64,000 nucleotides of DNA, taken from NCBI GenBank assembly GCA_900617105.1, contig UYFQ01000035.1, positions 1 to 64,000 on the forward strand, written 5' to 3'. Positions 20,901 through 35,900 of this stretch are shown piece by piece. Within the stretch, counting starts at the first letter, position 1, and each line of letters starts with the position of its first letter. Source of the DNA: Hydrurus foetidus (taxonomy: Eukaryota). The notes beneath the pieces were generated by a model that saw only the letters and a list, made by a program, of their open reading frames with translations, was not told the DNA's origin and searched no databases. A program made the translations under genes and the position numbers.

Positions 20901-23900
20901 TCGATGCCTTCATCCTCGTCTCCCACACCACGTCCCACAATATCTCCATCAGATGTGACATCGTCGGTACCATCATCGATGCCTTCATCCTCGTCTCCCA
21001 CACCACGTCCCACAATATCTCCATCAGATGTGACATCGTCGGTACCATCATCGATGCCTTCATCCTCGTCTCCCACACCACGTCCCACAATATCTCCATC
21101 AGATGTGACATCGTCGGTACCATCATCGATGCCTTCATCCTCGTCTCCCACACCACGTCCCACAATATCTCCATCAGATGTGACATCGTCGGTACCATCA
21201 TCGATGCCTTCATCCTCGTCTCCCACACCACGTCCCACAATATCTCCATCAGATGTGACATCGTCGGTACCATCATCGATGCCTTCATCCTCGTCTCCCA
21301 CACCACGTCCCACAATATCTCCATCAGATGTGACATCGTCGGTACCATCATCGATGCCTTCATCCTCGTCTCCCACACCACGTCCCACAATATCTCCATC
21401 AGATGTGACATCGTCGGTACCATCATCGATGCCTTCATCCTCGTCTCCCACACCACGTCCCACAATATCTCCATCAGATGTGACATCGTCGGTACCATCA
21501 TCGATGCCTTCATCCTCGTCTCCCACACCACGTCCCACAATATCTCCATCAGATGTGACATCGTCGGTACCATCATCGATGCCTTCATCCTCGTCTCCCA
21601 CACCACGTCCCACAATATCTCCATCAGATGTGACATCGTCGGTACCATCATCGATGCCTTCATCCTCGTCTCCCACACCACGTCCCACAATATCTCCATC
21701 AGATGTGACATCGTCGGTACCATCATCGATGCCTTCATCCTCGTCTCCCACACCACGTCCCACAATATCTCCATCAGATGTGACATCGTCGGTACCATCA
21801 TCGATGCCTTCATCCTCGTCTCCCACACCACGTCCCACAATATCTCCATCAGATGTGACATCGTCGGTACCATCATCGATGCCTTCATCCTCGTCTCCCA
21901 CACCACGTCCCACAATATCTCCATCAGATGTGACATCGTCGGTACCATCATCGATGCCTTCATCCTCGTCTCCCACACCACGTCCCACAATATCTCCATC
22001 AGATGTGACATCGTCGGTACCATCATCGATGCCTTCATCCTCGTCTCCCACACCACGTCCCACAATATCTCCATCAGATGTGACATCGTCGGTACCATCA
22101 TCGATGCCTTCATCCTCGTCTCCCACACCACGTCCCACAATATCTCCATCAGATGTGACATCGTCGGTACCATCATCGATGCCTTCATCCTCGTCTCCCA
22201 CACCACGTCCCACAATATCTCCATCAGATGTGACATCGTCGGTACCATCATCGATGCCTTCATCCTCGTCTCCCACACCACGTCCCACAATATCTCCATC
22301 AGATGTGACATCGTCGGTACCATCATCGATGCCTTCATCCTCGTCTCCCACACCACGTCCCACAATATCTCCATCAGATGTGACATCGTCGGTACCATCA
22401 TCGATGCCTTCATCCTCGTCTCCCACACCACGTCCCACAATATCTCCATCAGATGTGACATCGTCGGTACCATCATCGATGCCTTCATCCTCGTCTCCCA
22501 CACCACGTCCCACAATATCTCCATCAGATGTGACATCGTCGGTACCATCATCGATGCCTTCATCCTCGTCTCCCACACCACGTCCCACAATATCTCCATC
22601 AGATGTGACATCGTCGGTACCATCATCGATGCCTTCATCCTCGTCTCCCACACCACGTCCCACAATATCTCCATCAGATGTGACATCGTCGGTACCATCA
22701 TCGATGCCTTCATCCTCGTCTCCCACACCACGTCCCACAATATCTCCATCAGATGTGACATCGTCGGTACCATCATCGATGCCTTCATCCTCGTCTCCCA
22801 CACCACGTCCCACAATATCTCCATCAGATGTGACATCGTCGGTACCATCATCGATGCCTTCATCCTCGTCTCCCACACCACGTCCCACAATATCTCCATC
22901 AGATGTGACATCGTCGGTACCATCATCGATGCCTTCATCCTCGTCTCCCACACCACGTCCCACAATATCTCCATCAGATGTGACATCGTCGGTACCATCA
23001 TCGATGCCTTCATCCTCGTCTCCCACACCACGTCCCACAATATCTCCATCAGATGTGACATCGTCGGTACCATCATCGATGCCTTCATCCTCGTCTCCCA
23101 CACCACGTCCCACAATATCTCCATCAGATGTGACATCGTCGGTACCATCATCGATGCCTTCATCCTCGTCTCCCACACCACGTCCCACAATATCTCCATC
23201 AGATGTGACATCGTCGGTACCATCATCGATGCCTTCATCCTCGTCTCCCACACCACGTCCCACAATATCTCCATCAGATGTGACATCGTCGGTACCATCA
23301 TCGATGCCTTCATCCTCGTCTCCCACACCACGTCCCACAATATCTCCATCAGATGTGACATCGTCGGTACCATCATCGATGCCTTCATCCTCGTCTCCCA
23401 CACCACGTCCCACAATATCTCCATCAGATGTGACATCGTCGGTACCATCATCGATGCCTTCATCCTCGTCTCCCACACCACGTCCCACAATATCTCCATC
23501 AGATGTGACATCGTCGGTACCATCATCGATGCCTTCATCCTCGTCTCCCACACCACGTCCCACAATATCTCCATCAGATGTGACATCGTCGGTACCATCA
23601 TCGATGCCTTCATCCTCGTCTCCCACACCACGTCCCACAATATCTCCATCAGATGTGACATCGTCGGTACCATCATCGATGCCTTCATCCTCGTCTCCCA
23701 CACCACGTCCCACAATATCTCCATCAGATGTGACATCGTCGGTACCATCATCGATGCCTTCATCCTCGTCTCCCACACCACGTCCCACAATATCTCCATC
23801 AGATGTGACATCGTCGGTACCATCATCGATGCCTTCATCCTCGTCTCCCACACCACGTCCCACAATATCTCCATCAGATGTGACATCGTCGGTACCATCA

Positions 23901-26900
23901 TCGATGCCTTCATCCTCGTCTCCCACACCACGTCCCACAATATCTCCATCAGATGTGACATCGTCGGTACCATCATCGATGCCTTCATCCTCGTCTCCCA
24001 CACCACGTCCCACAATATCTCCATCAGATGTGACATCGTCGGTACCATCATCGATGCCTTCATCCTCGTCTCCCACACCACGTCCCACAATATCTCCATC
24101 AGATGTGACATCGTCGGTACCATCATCGATGCCTTCATCCTCGTCTCCCACACCACGTCCCACAATATCTCCATCAGATGTGACATCGTCGGTACCATCA
24201 TCGATGCCTTCATCCTCGTCTCCCACACCACGTCCCACAATATCTCCATCAGATGTGACATCGTCGGTACCATCATCGATGCCTTCATCCTCGTCTCCCA
24301 CACCACGTCCCACAATATCTCCATCAGATGTGACATCGTCGGTACCATCATCGATGCCTTCATCCTCGTCTCCCACACCACGTCCCACAATATCTCCATC
24401 AGATGTGACATCGTCGGTACCATCATCGATGCCTTCATCCTCGTCTCCCACACCACGTCCCACAATATCTCCATCAGATGTGACATCGTCGGTACCATCA
24501 TCGATGCCTTCATCCTCGTCTCCCACACCACGTCCCACAATATCTCCATCAGATGTGACATCGTCGGTACCATCATCGATGCCTTCATCCTCGTCTCCCA
24601 CACCACGTCCCACAATATCTCCATCAGATGTGACATCGTCGGTACCATCATCGATGCCTTCATCCTCGTCTCCCACACCACGTCCCACAATATCTCCATC
24701 AGATGTGACATCGTCGGTACCATCATCGATGCCTTCATCCTCGTCTCCCACACCACGTCCCACAATATCTCCATCAGATGTGACATCGTCGGTACCATCA
24801 TCGATGCCTTCATCCTCGTCTCCCACACCACGTCCCACAATATCTCCATCAGATGTGACATCGTCGGTACCATCATCGATGCCTTCATCCTCGTCTCCCA
24901 CACCACGTCCCACAATATCTCCATCAGATGTGACATCGTCGGTACCATCATCGATGCCTTCATCCTCGTCTCCCACACCACGTCCCACAATATCTCCATC
25001 AGATGTGACATCGTCGGTACCATCATCGATGCCTTCATCCTCGTCTCCCACACCACGTCCCACAATATCTCCATCAGATGTGACATCGTCGGTACCATCA
25101 TCGATGCCTTCATCCTCGTCTCCCACACCACGTCCCACAATATCTCCATCAGATGTGACATCGTCGGTACCATCATCGATGCCTTCATCCTCGTCTCCCA
25201 CACCACGTCCCACAATATCTCCATCAGATGTGACATCGTCGGTACCATCATCGATGCCTTCATCCTCGTCTCCCACACCACGTCCCACAATATCTCCATC
25301 AGATGTGACATCGTCGGTACCATCATCGATGCCTTCATCCTCGTCTCCCACACCACGTCCCACAATATCTCCATCAGATGTGACATCGTCGGTACCATCA
25401 TCGATGCCTTCATCCTCGTCTCCCACACCACGTCCCACAATATCTCCATCAGATGTGACATCGTCGGTACCATCATCGATGCCTTCATCCTCGTCTCCCA
25501 CACCACGTCCCACAATATCTCCATCAGATGTGACATCGTCGGTACCATCATCGATGCCTTCATCCTCGTCTCCCACACCACGTCCCACAATATCTCCATC
25601 AGATGTGACATCGTCGGTACCATCATCGATGCCTTCATCCTCGTCTCCCACACCACGTCCCACAATATCTCCATCAGATGTGACATCGTCGGTACCATCA
25701 TCGATGCCTTCATCCTCGTCTCCCACACCACGTCCCACAATATCTCCATCAGATGTGACATCGTCGGTACCATCATCGATGCCTTCATCCTCGTCTCCCA
25801 CACCACGTCCCACAATATCTCCATCAGATGTGACATCGTCGGTACCATCATCGATGCCTTCATCCTCGTCTCCCACACCACGTCCCACAATATCTCCATC
25901 AGATGTGACATCGTCGGTACCATCATCGATGCCTTCATCCTCGTCTCCCACACCACGTCCCACAATATCTCCATCAGATGTGACATCGTCGGTACCATCA
26001 TCGATGCCTTCATCCTCGTCTCCCACACCACGTCCCACAATATCTCCATCAGATGTGACATCGTCGGTACCATCATCGATGCCTTCATCCTCGTCTCCCA
26101 CACCACGTCCCACAATATCTCCATCAGATGTGACATCGTCGGTACCATCATCGATGCCTTCATCCTCGTCTCCCACACCACGTCCCACAATATCTCCATC
26201 AGATGTGACATCGTCGGTACCATCATCGATGCCTTCATCCTCGTCTCCCACACCACGTCCCACAATATCTCCATCAGATGTGACATCGTCGGTACCATCA
26301 TCGATGCCTTCATCCTCGTCTCCCACACCACGTCCCACAATATCTCCATCAGATGTGACATCGTCGGTACCATCATCGATGCCTTCATCCTCGTCTCCCA
26401 CACCACGTCCCACAATATCTCCATCAGATGTGACATCGTCGGTACCATCATCGATGCCTTCATCCTCGTCTCCCACACCACGTCCCACAATATCTCCATC
26501 AGATGTGACATCGTCGGTACCATCATCGATGCCTTCATCCTCGTCTCCCACACCACGTCCCACAATATCTCCATCAGATGTGACATCGTCGGTACCATCA
26601 TCGATGCCTTCATCCTCGTCTCCCACACCACGTCCCACAATATCTCCATCAGATGTGACATCGTCGGTACCATCATCGATGCCTTCATCCTCGTCTCCCA
26701 CACCACGTCCCACAATATCTCCATCAGATGTGACATCGTCGGTACCATCATCGATGCCTTCATCCTCGTCTCCCACACCACGTCCCACAATATCTCCATC
26801 AGATGTGACATCGTCGGTACCATCATCGATGCCTTCATCCTCGTCTCCCACACCACGTCCCACAATATCTCCATCAGATGTGACATCGTCGGTACCATCA

Positions 26901-29900
26901 TCGATGCCTTCATCCTCGTCTCCCACACCACGTCCCACAATATCTCCATCAGATGTGACATCGTCGGTACCATCATCGATGCCTTCATCCTCGTCTCCCA
27001 CACCACGTCCCACAATATCTCCATCAGATGTGACATCGTCGGTACCATCATCGATGCCTTCATCCTCGTCTCCCACACCACGTCCCACAATATCTCCATC
27101 AGATGTGACATCGTCGGTACCATCATCGATGCCTTCATCCTCGTCTCCCACACCACGTCCCACAATATCTCCATCAGATGTGACATCGTCGGTACCATCA
27201 TCGATGCCTTCATCCTCGTCTCCCACACCACGTCCCACAATATCTCCATCAGATGTGACATCGTCGGTACCATCATCGATGCCTTCATCCTCGTCTCCCA
27301 CACCACGTCCCACAATATCTCCATCAGATGTGACATCGTCGGTACCATCATCGATGCCTTCATCCTCGTCTCCCACACCACGTCCCACAATATCTCCATC
27401 AGATGTGACATCGTCGGTACCATCATCGATGCCTTCATCCTCGTCTCCCACACCACGTCCCACAATATCTCCATCAGATGTGACATCGTCGGTACCATCA
27501 TCGATGCCTTCATCCTCGTCTCCCACACCACGTCCCACAATATCTCCATCAGATGTGACATCGTCGGTACCATCATCGATGCCTTCATCCTCGTCTCCCA
27601 CACCACGTCCCACAATATCTCCATCAGATGTGACATCGTCGGTACCATCATCGATGCCTTCATCCTCGTCTCCCACACCACGTCCCACAATATCTCCATC
27701 AGATGTGACATCGTCGGTACCATCATCGATGCCTTCATCCTCGTCTCCCACACCACGTCCCACAATATCTCCATCAGATGTGACATCGTCGGTACCATCA
27801 TCGATGCCTTCATCCTCGTCTCCCACACCACGTCCCACAATATCTCCATCAGATGTGACATCGTCGGTACCATCATCGATGCCTTCATCCTCGTCTCCCA
27901 CACCACGTCCCACAATATCTCCATCAGATGTGACATCGTCGGTACCATCATCGATGCCTTCATCCTCGTCTCCCACACCACGTCCCACAATATCTCCATC
28001 AGATGTGACATCGTCGGTACCATCATCGATGCCTTCATCCTCGTCTCCCACACCACGTCCCACAATATCTCCATCAGATGTGACATCGTCGGTACCATCA
28101 TCGATGCCTTCATCCTCGTCTCCCACACCACGTCCCACAATATCTCCATCAGATGTGACATCGTCGGTACCATCATCGATGCCTTCATCCTCGTCTCCCA
28201 CACCACGTCCCACAATATCTCCATCAGATGTGACATCGTCGGTACCATCATCGATGCCTTCATCCTCGTCTCCCACACCACGTCCCACAATATCTCCATC
28301 AGATGTGACATCGTCGGTACCATCATCGATGCCTTCATCCTCGTCTCCCACACCACGTCCCACAATATCTCCATCAGATGTGACATCGTCGGTACCATCA
28401 TCGATGCCTTCATCCTCGTCTCCCACACCACGTCCCACAATATCTCCATCAGATGTGACATCGTCGGTACCATCATCGATGCCTTCATCCTCGTCTCCCA
28501 CACCACGTCCCACAATATCTCCATCAGATGTGACATCGTCGGTACCATCATCGATGCCTTCATCCTCGTCTCCCACACCACGTCCCACAATATCTCCATC
28601 AGATGTGACATCGTCGGTACCATCATCGATGCCTTCATCCTCGTCTCCCACACCACGTCCCACAATATCTCCATCAGATGTGACATCGTCGGTACCATCA
28701 TCGATGCCTTCATCCTCGTCTCCCACACCACGTCCCACAATATCTCCATCAGATGTGACATCGTCGGTACCATCATCGATGCCTTCATCCTCGTCTCCCA
28801 CACCACGTCCCACAATATCTCCATCAGATGTGACATCGTCGGTACCATCATCGATGCCTTCATCCTCGTCTCCCACACCACGTCCCACAATATCGGTACC
28901 ATCATCGATGCCTTCATCCTCGTCTCCCACACCACGTCCCACAATATCTCCATCAGATGTGACTACCCACGACCACGTCCCACAATATCTCCATCAGATG
29001 TGACATCGTCGGTACCATCATCGATGCCTTCATCCTCGTCTCCCACACCACGTCCCACAATATCTCCATCAGATGTGACATCGTCGGTACCATCATCGAT
29101 GCCTTCATCCTCGTCTCCCACACCACGTCCCACAATATCTCCATCAGATGTGACATCGTCGGTACCATCATCGATGCCTTCATCCTCGTCTCCCACACCA
29201 CGTCCCACAATATCTCCATCAGATGTGACATCGTCGGTACCATCATCGATGCCTTCATCCTCGTCTCCCACACCACGTCCCACAATATCTCCATCAGATG
29301 TGACATCGTCGGTACCATCATCGATGCCTTCATCCTCGTCTCCCACACCACGTCCCACAATATCTCCATCAGATGTGACATCGTCGGTACCATCATCGAT
29401 GCCTTCATCCTCGTCTCCCACACCACGTCCCACAATATCTCCATCAGATGTGACATCGTCGGTACCATCATCGATGCCTTCATCCTCGTCTCCCACACCA
29501 CGTCCCACAATATCTCCATCAGATGTGACATCGTCGGTACCATCATCGATGCCTTCATCCTCGTCTCCCACACCACGTCCCACAATATCTCCATCAGATG
29601 TGACATCGTCGGTACCATCATCGATGCCTTCATCCTCGTCTCCCACACCACGTCCCACAATATCTCCATCAGATGTGACATCGTCGGTACCATCATCGAT
29701 GCCTTCATCCTCGTCTCCCACACCACGTCCCACAATATCTCCATCAGATGTGACATCGTCGGTACCATCATCGATGCCTTCATCCTCGTCTCCCACACCA
29801 CGTCCCACAATATCTCCATCAGATGTGACATCGTCGGTACCATCATCGATGCCTTCATCCTCGTCTCCCACACCACGTCCCACAATATCTCCATCAGATG

Positions 29901-32900
29901 TGACATCGTCGGTACCATCATCGATGCCTTCATCCTCGTCTCCCACACCACGTCCCACAATATCTCCATCAGATGTGACATCGTCGGTACCATCATCGAT
30001 GCCTTCATCCTCGTCTCCCACACCACGTCCCACAATATCTCCATCAGATGTGACATCGTCGGTACCATCATCGATGCCTTCATCCTCGTCTCCCACACCA
30101 CGTCCCACAATATCTCCATCAGATGTGACATCGTCGGTACCATCATCGATGCCTTCATCCTCGTCTCCCACACCACGTCCCACAATATCTCCATCAGATG
30201 TGACATCGTCGGTACCATCATCGATGCCTTCATCCTCGTCTCCCACACCACGTCCCACAATATCTCCATCAGATGTGACATCGTCGGTACCATCATCGAT
30301 GCCTTCATCCTCGTCTCCCACACCACGTCCCACAATATCTCCATCAGATGTGACATCGTCGGTACCATCATCGATGCCTTCATCCTCGTCTCCCACACCA
30401 CGTCCCACAATATCTCCATCAGATGTGACATCGTCGGTACCATCATCGATGCCTTCATCCTCGTCTCCCACACCACGTCCCACAATATCTCCATCAGATG
30501 TGACATCGTCGGTACCATCATCGATGCCTTCATCCTCGTCTCCCACACCACGTCCCACAATATCTCCATCAGATGTGACATCGTCGGTACCATCATCGAT
30601 GCCTTCATCCTCGTCTCCCACACCACGTCCCACAATATCTCCATCAGATGTGACATCGTCGGTACCATCATCGATGCCTTCATCCTCGTCTCCCACACCA
30701 CGTCCCACAATATCTCCATCAGATGTGACATCGTCGGTACCATCATCGATGCCTTCATCCTCGTCTCCCACACCACGTCCCACAATATCTCCATCAGATG
30801 TGACATCGTCGGTACCATCATCGATGCCTTCATCCTCGTCTCCCACACCACGTCCCACAATATCTCCATCAGATGTGACATCGTCGGTACCATCATCGAT
30901 GCCTTCATCCTCGTCTCCCACACCACGTCCCACAATATCTCCATCAGATGTGACATCGTCGGTACCATCATCGATGCCTTCATCCTCGTCTCCCACACCA
31001 CGTCCCACAATATCTCCATCAGATGTGACATCGTCGGTACCATCATCGATGCCTTCATCCTCGTCTCCCACACCACGTCCCACAATATCTCCATCAGATG
31101 TGACATCGTCGGTACCATCATCGATGCCTTCATCCTCGTCTCCCACACCACGTCCCACAATATCTCCATCAGATGTGACATCGTCGGTACCATCATCGAT
31201 GCCTTCATCCTCGTCTCCCACACCACGTCCCACAATATCTCCATCAGATGTGACATCGTCGGTACCATCATCGATGCCTTCATCCTCGTCTCCCACACCA
31301 CGTCCCACAATATCTCCATCAGATGTGACATCGTCGGTACCATCATCGATGCCTTCATCCTCGTCTCCCACACCACGTCCCACAATATCTCCATCAGATG
31401 TGACATCGTCGGTACCATCATCGATGCCTTCATCCTCGTCTCCCACACCACGTCCCACAATATCTCCATCAGATGTGACATCGTCGGTACCATCATCGAT
31501 GCCTTCATCCTCGTCTCCCACACCACGTCCCACAATATCTCCATCAGATGTGACATCGTCGGTACCATCATCGATGCCTTCATCCTCGTCTCCCACACCA
31601 CGTCCCACAATATCTCCATCAGATGTGACATCGTCGGTACCATCATCGATGCCTTCATCCTCGTCTCCCACACCACGTCCCACAATATCTCCATCAGATG
31701 TGACATCGTCGGTACCATCATCGATGCCTTCATCCTCGTCTCCCACACCACGTCCCACAATATCTCCATCAGATGTGACATCGTCGGTACCATCATCGAT
31801 GCCTTCATCCTCGTCTCCCACACCACGTCCCACAATATCTCCATCAGATGTGACATCGTCGGTACCATCATCGATGCCTTCATCCTCGTCTCCCACACCA
31901 CGTCCCACAATATCTCCATCAGATGTGACATCGTCGGTACCATCATCGATGCCTTCATCCTCGTCTCCCACACCACGTCCCACAATATCTCCATCAGATG
32001 TGACATCGTCGGTACCATCATCGATGCCTTCATCCTCGTCTCCCACACCACGTCCCACAATATCTCCATCAGATGTGACATCGTCGGTACCATCATCGAT
32101 GCCTTCATCCTCGTCTCCCACACCACGTCCCACAATATCTCCATCAGATGTGACATCGTCGGTACCATCATCGATGCCTTCATCCTCGTCTCCCACACCA
32201 CGTCCCACAATATCTCCATCAGATGTGACATCGTCGGTACCATCATCGATGCCTTCATCCTCGTCTCCCACACCACGTCCCACAATATCTCCATCAGATG
32301 TGACATCGTCGGTACCATCATCGATGCCTTCATCCTCGTCTCCCACACCACGTCCCACAATATCTCCATCAGATGTGACATCGTCGGTACCATCATCGAT
32401 GCCTTCATCCTCGTCTCCCACACCACGTCCCACAATATCTCCATCAGATGTGACATCGTCGGTACCATCATCGATGCCTTCATCCTCGTCTCCCACACCA
32501 CGTCCCACAATATCTCCATCAGATGTGACATCGTCGGTACCATCATCGATGCCTTCATCCTCGTCTCCCACACCACGTCCCACAATATCTCCATCAGATG
32601 TGACATCGTCGGTACCATCATCGATGCCTTCATCCTCGTCTCCCACACCACGTCCCACAATATCTCCATCATCGATGTTCATCCTCGTCTACCACACCGA
32701 CAATATCTCCATCAGATGTGACATCGTCGGTACCATCATCGATGCCTTCATCCTCGTCTCCATCAGATGTGACATCGTCGGTACCATCATCGATGCCTTC
32801 ATCCTCGTCTCCCACACCACGTCCCACAATATCTCCATCAGATGTGACATCGTCGGTACCATCATCGATGCCTTCATCCTCGTCTCCCACACCACGTCCC

Positions 32901-35900
32901 ACAATATCTCCATCAGATGTGACATCGTCGGTACCATCATCGATGCCTTCATCCTCGTCTCCCACACCACGTCCCACAATATCTCCATCAGATGTGACAT
33001 CGTCGGTACCATCATCGATGCCTTCATCCTCGTCTCCCACACCACGTCCCACAATATCTCCATCAGATGTGACATCGTCGGTACCATCATCGATGCCTTC
33101 ATCCTCGTCTCCCACACCACGTCCCACAATATCTCCATCAGATGTGACATCGTCGGTACCATCATCGATGCCTTCATCCTCGTCTCCCACACCACGTCCC
33201 ACAATATCTCCATCAGATGTGACATCGTCGGTACCATCATCGATGCCTTCATCCTCGTCTCCCACACCACGTCCCACAATATCTCCATCAGATGTGACAT
33301 CGTCGGTACCATCATCGATGCCTTCATCCTCGTCTCCCACACCACGTCCCACAATATCTCCATCAGATGTGACATCGTCGGTACCATCATCGATGCCTTC
33401 ATCCTCGTCTCCCACACCACGTCCCACAATATCTCCATCAGATGTGACATCGTCGGTACCATCATCGATGCCTTCATCCTCGTCTCCCACACCACGTCCC
33501 ACAATATCTCCATCAGATGTGACATCGTCGGTACCATCATCGATGCCTTCATCCTCGTCTCCCACACCACGTCCCACAATATCTCCATCAGATGTGACAT
33601 CGTCGGTACCATCATCGATGCCTTCATCCTCGTCTCCCACACCACGTCCCACAATATCTCCATCAGATGTGACATCGTCGGTACCATCATCGATGCCTTC
33701 ATCCTCGTCTCCCACACCACGTCCCACAATATCTCCATCAGATGTGACATCGTCGGTACCATCATCGATGCCTTCATCCTCGTCTCCCACACCACGTCCC
33801 ACAATATCTCCATCAGATGTGACATCGTCGGTACCATCATCGATGCCTTCATCCTCGTCTCCCACACCACGTCCCACAATATCTCCATCAGATGTGACAT
33901 CGTCGGTACCATCATCGATGCCTTCATCCTCGTCTCCCACACCACGTCCCACAATATCTCCATCAGATGTGACATCGTCGGTACCATCATCGATGCCTTC
34001 ATCCTCGTCTCCCACACCACGTCCCACAATATCTCCATCAGATGTGACATCGTCGGTACCATCATCGATGCCTTCATCCTCGTCTCCCACACCACGTCCC
34101 ACAATATCTCCATCAGATGTGACATCGTCGGTACCATCATCGATGCCTTCATCCTCGTCTCCCACACCACGTCCCACAATATCTCCATCAGATGTGACAT
34201 CGTCGGTACCATCATCGATGCCTTCATCCTCGTCTCCCACACCACGTCCCACAATATCTCCATCAGATGTGACATCGTCGGTACCATCATCGATGCCTTC
34301 ATCCTCGTCTCCCACACCACGTCCCACAATATCTCCATCAGATGTGACATCGTCGGTACCATCATCGATGCCTTCATCCTCGTCTCCCACACCACGTCCC
34401 ACAATATCTCCATCAGATGTGACATCGTCGGTACCATCATCGATGCCTTCATCCTCGTCTCCCACACCACGTCCCACAATATCTCCATCAGATGTGACAT
34501 CGTCGGTACCATCATCGATGCCTTCATCCTCGTCTCCCACACCACGTCCCACAATATCTCCATCAGATGTGACATCGTCGGTACCATCATCGATGCCTTC
34601 ATCCTCGTCTCCCACACCACGTCCCACAATATCTCCATCAGATGTGACATCGTCGGTACCATCATCGATGCCTTCATCCTCGTCTCCCACACCACGTCCC
34701 ACAATATCTCCATCAGATGTGACATCGTCGGTACCATCATCGATGCCTTCATCCTCGTCTCCCACACCACGTCCCACAATATCTCCATCAGATGTGACAT
34801 CGTCGGTACCATCATCGATGCCTTCATCCTCGTCTCCCACACCACGTCCCACAATATCTCCATCAGATGTGACATCGTCGGTACCATCATCGATGCCTTC
34901 ATCCTCGTCTCCCACACCACGTCCCACAATATCTCCATCAGATGTGACATCGTCGGTACCATCATCGATGCCTTCATCCTCGTCTCCCACACCACGTCCC
35001 ACAATATCTCCATCAGATGTGACATCGTCGGTACCATCATCGATGCCTTCATCCTCGTCTCCCACACCACGTCCCACAATATCTCCATCAGATGTGACAT
35101 CGTCGGTACCATCATCGATGCCTTCATCCTCGTCTCCCACACCACGTCCCACAATATCTCCATCAGATGTGACATCGTCGGTACCATCATCGATGCCTTC
35201 ATCCTCGTCTCCCACACCACGTCCCACAATATCTCCATCAGATGTGACATCGTCGGTACCATCATCGATGCCTTCATCCTCGTCTCCCACACCACGTCCC
35301 ACAATATCTCCATCAGATGTGACATCGTCGGTACCATCATCGATGCCTTCATCCTCGTCTCCCACACCACGTCCCACAATATCTCCATCAGATGTGACAT
35401 CGTCGGTACCATCATCGATGCCTTCATCCTCGTCTCCCACACCACGTCCCACAATATCTCCATCAGATGTGACATCGTCGGTACCATCATCGATGCCTTC
35501 ATCCTCGTCTCCCACACCACGTCCCACAATATCTCCATCAGATGTGACATCGTCGGTACCATCATCGATGCCTTCATCCTCGTCTCCCACACCACGTCCC
35601 ACAATATCTCCATCAGATGTGACATCGTCGGTACCATCATCGATGCCTTCATCCTCGTCTCCCACACCACGTCCCACAATATCTCCATCAGATGTGACAT
35701 CGTCGGTACCATCATCGATGCCTTCATCCTCGTCTCCCACACCACGTCCCACAATATCTCCATCAGATGTGACATCGTCGGTACCATCATCGATGCCTTC
35801 ATCCTCGTCTCCCACACCACGTCCCACAATATCTCCATCAGATGTGACATCGTCGGTACCATCATCGATGCCTTCATCCTCGTCTCCCACACCACGTCCC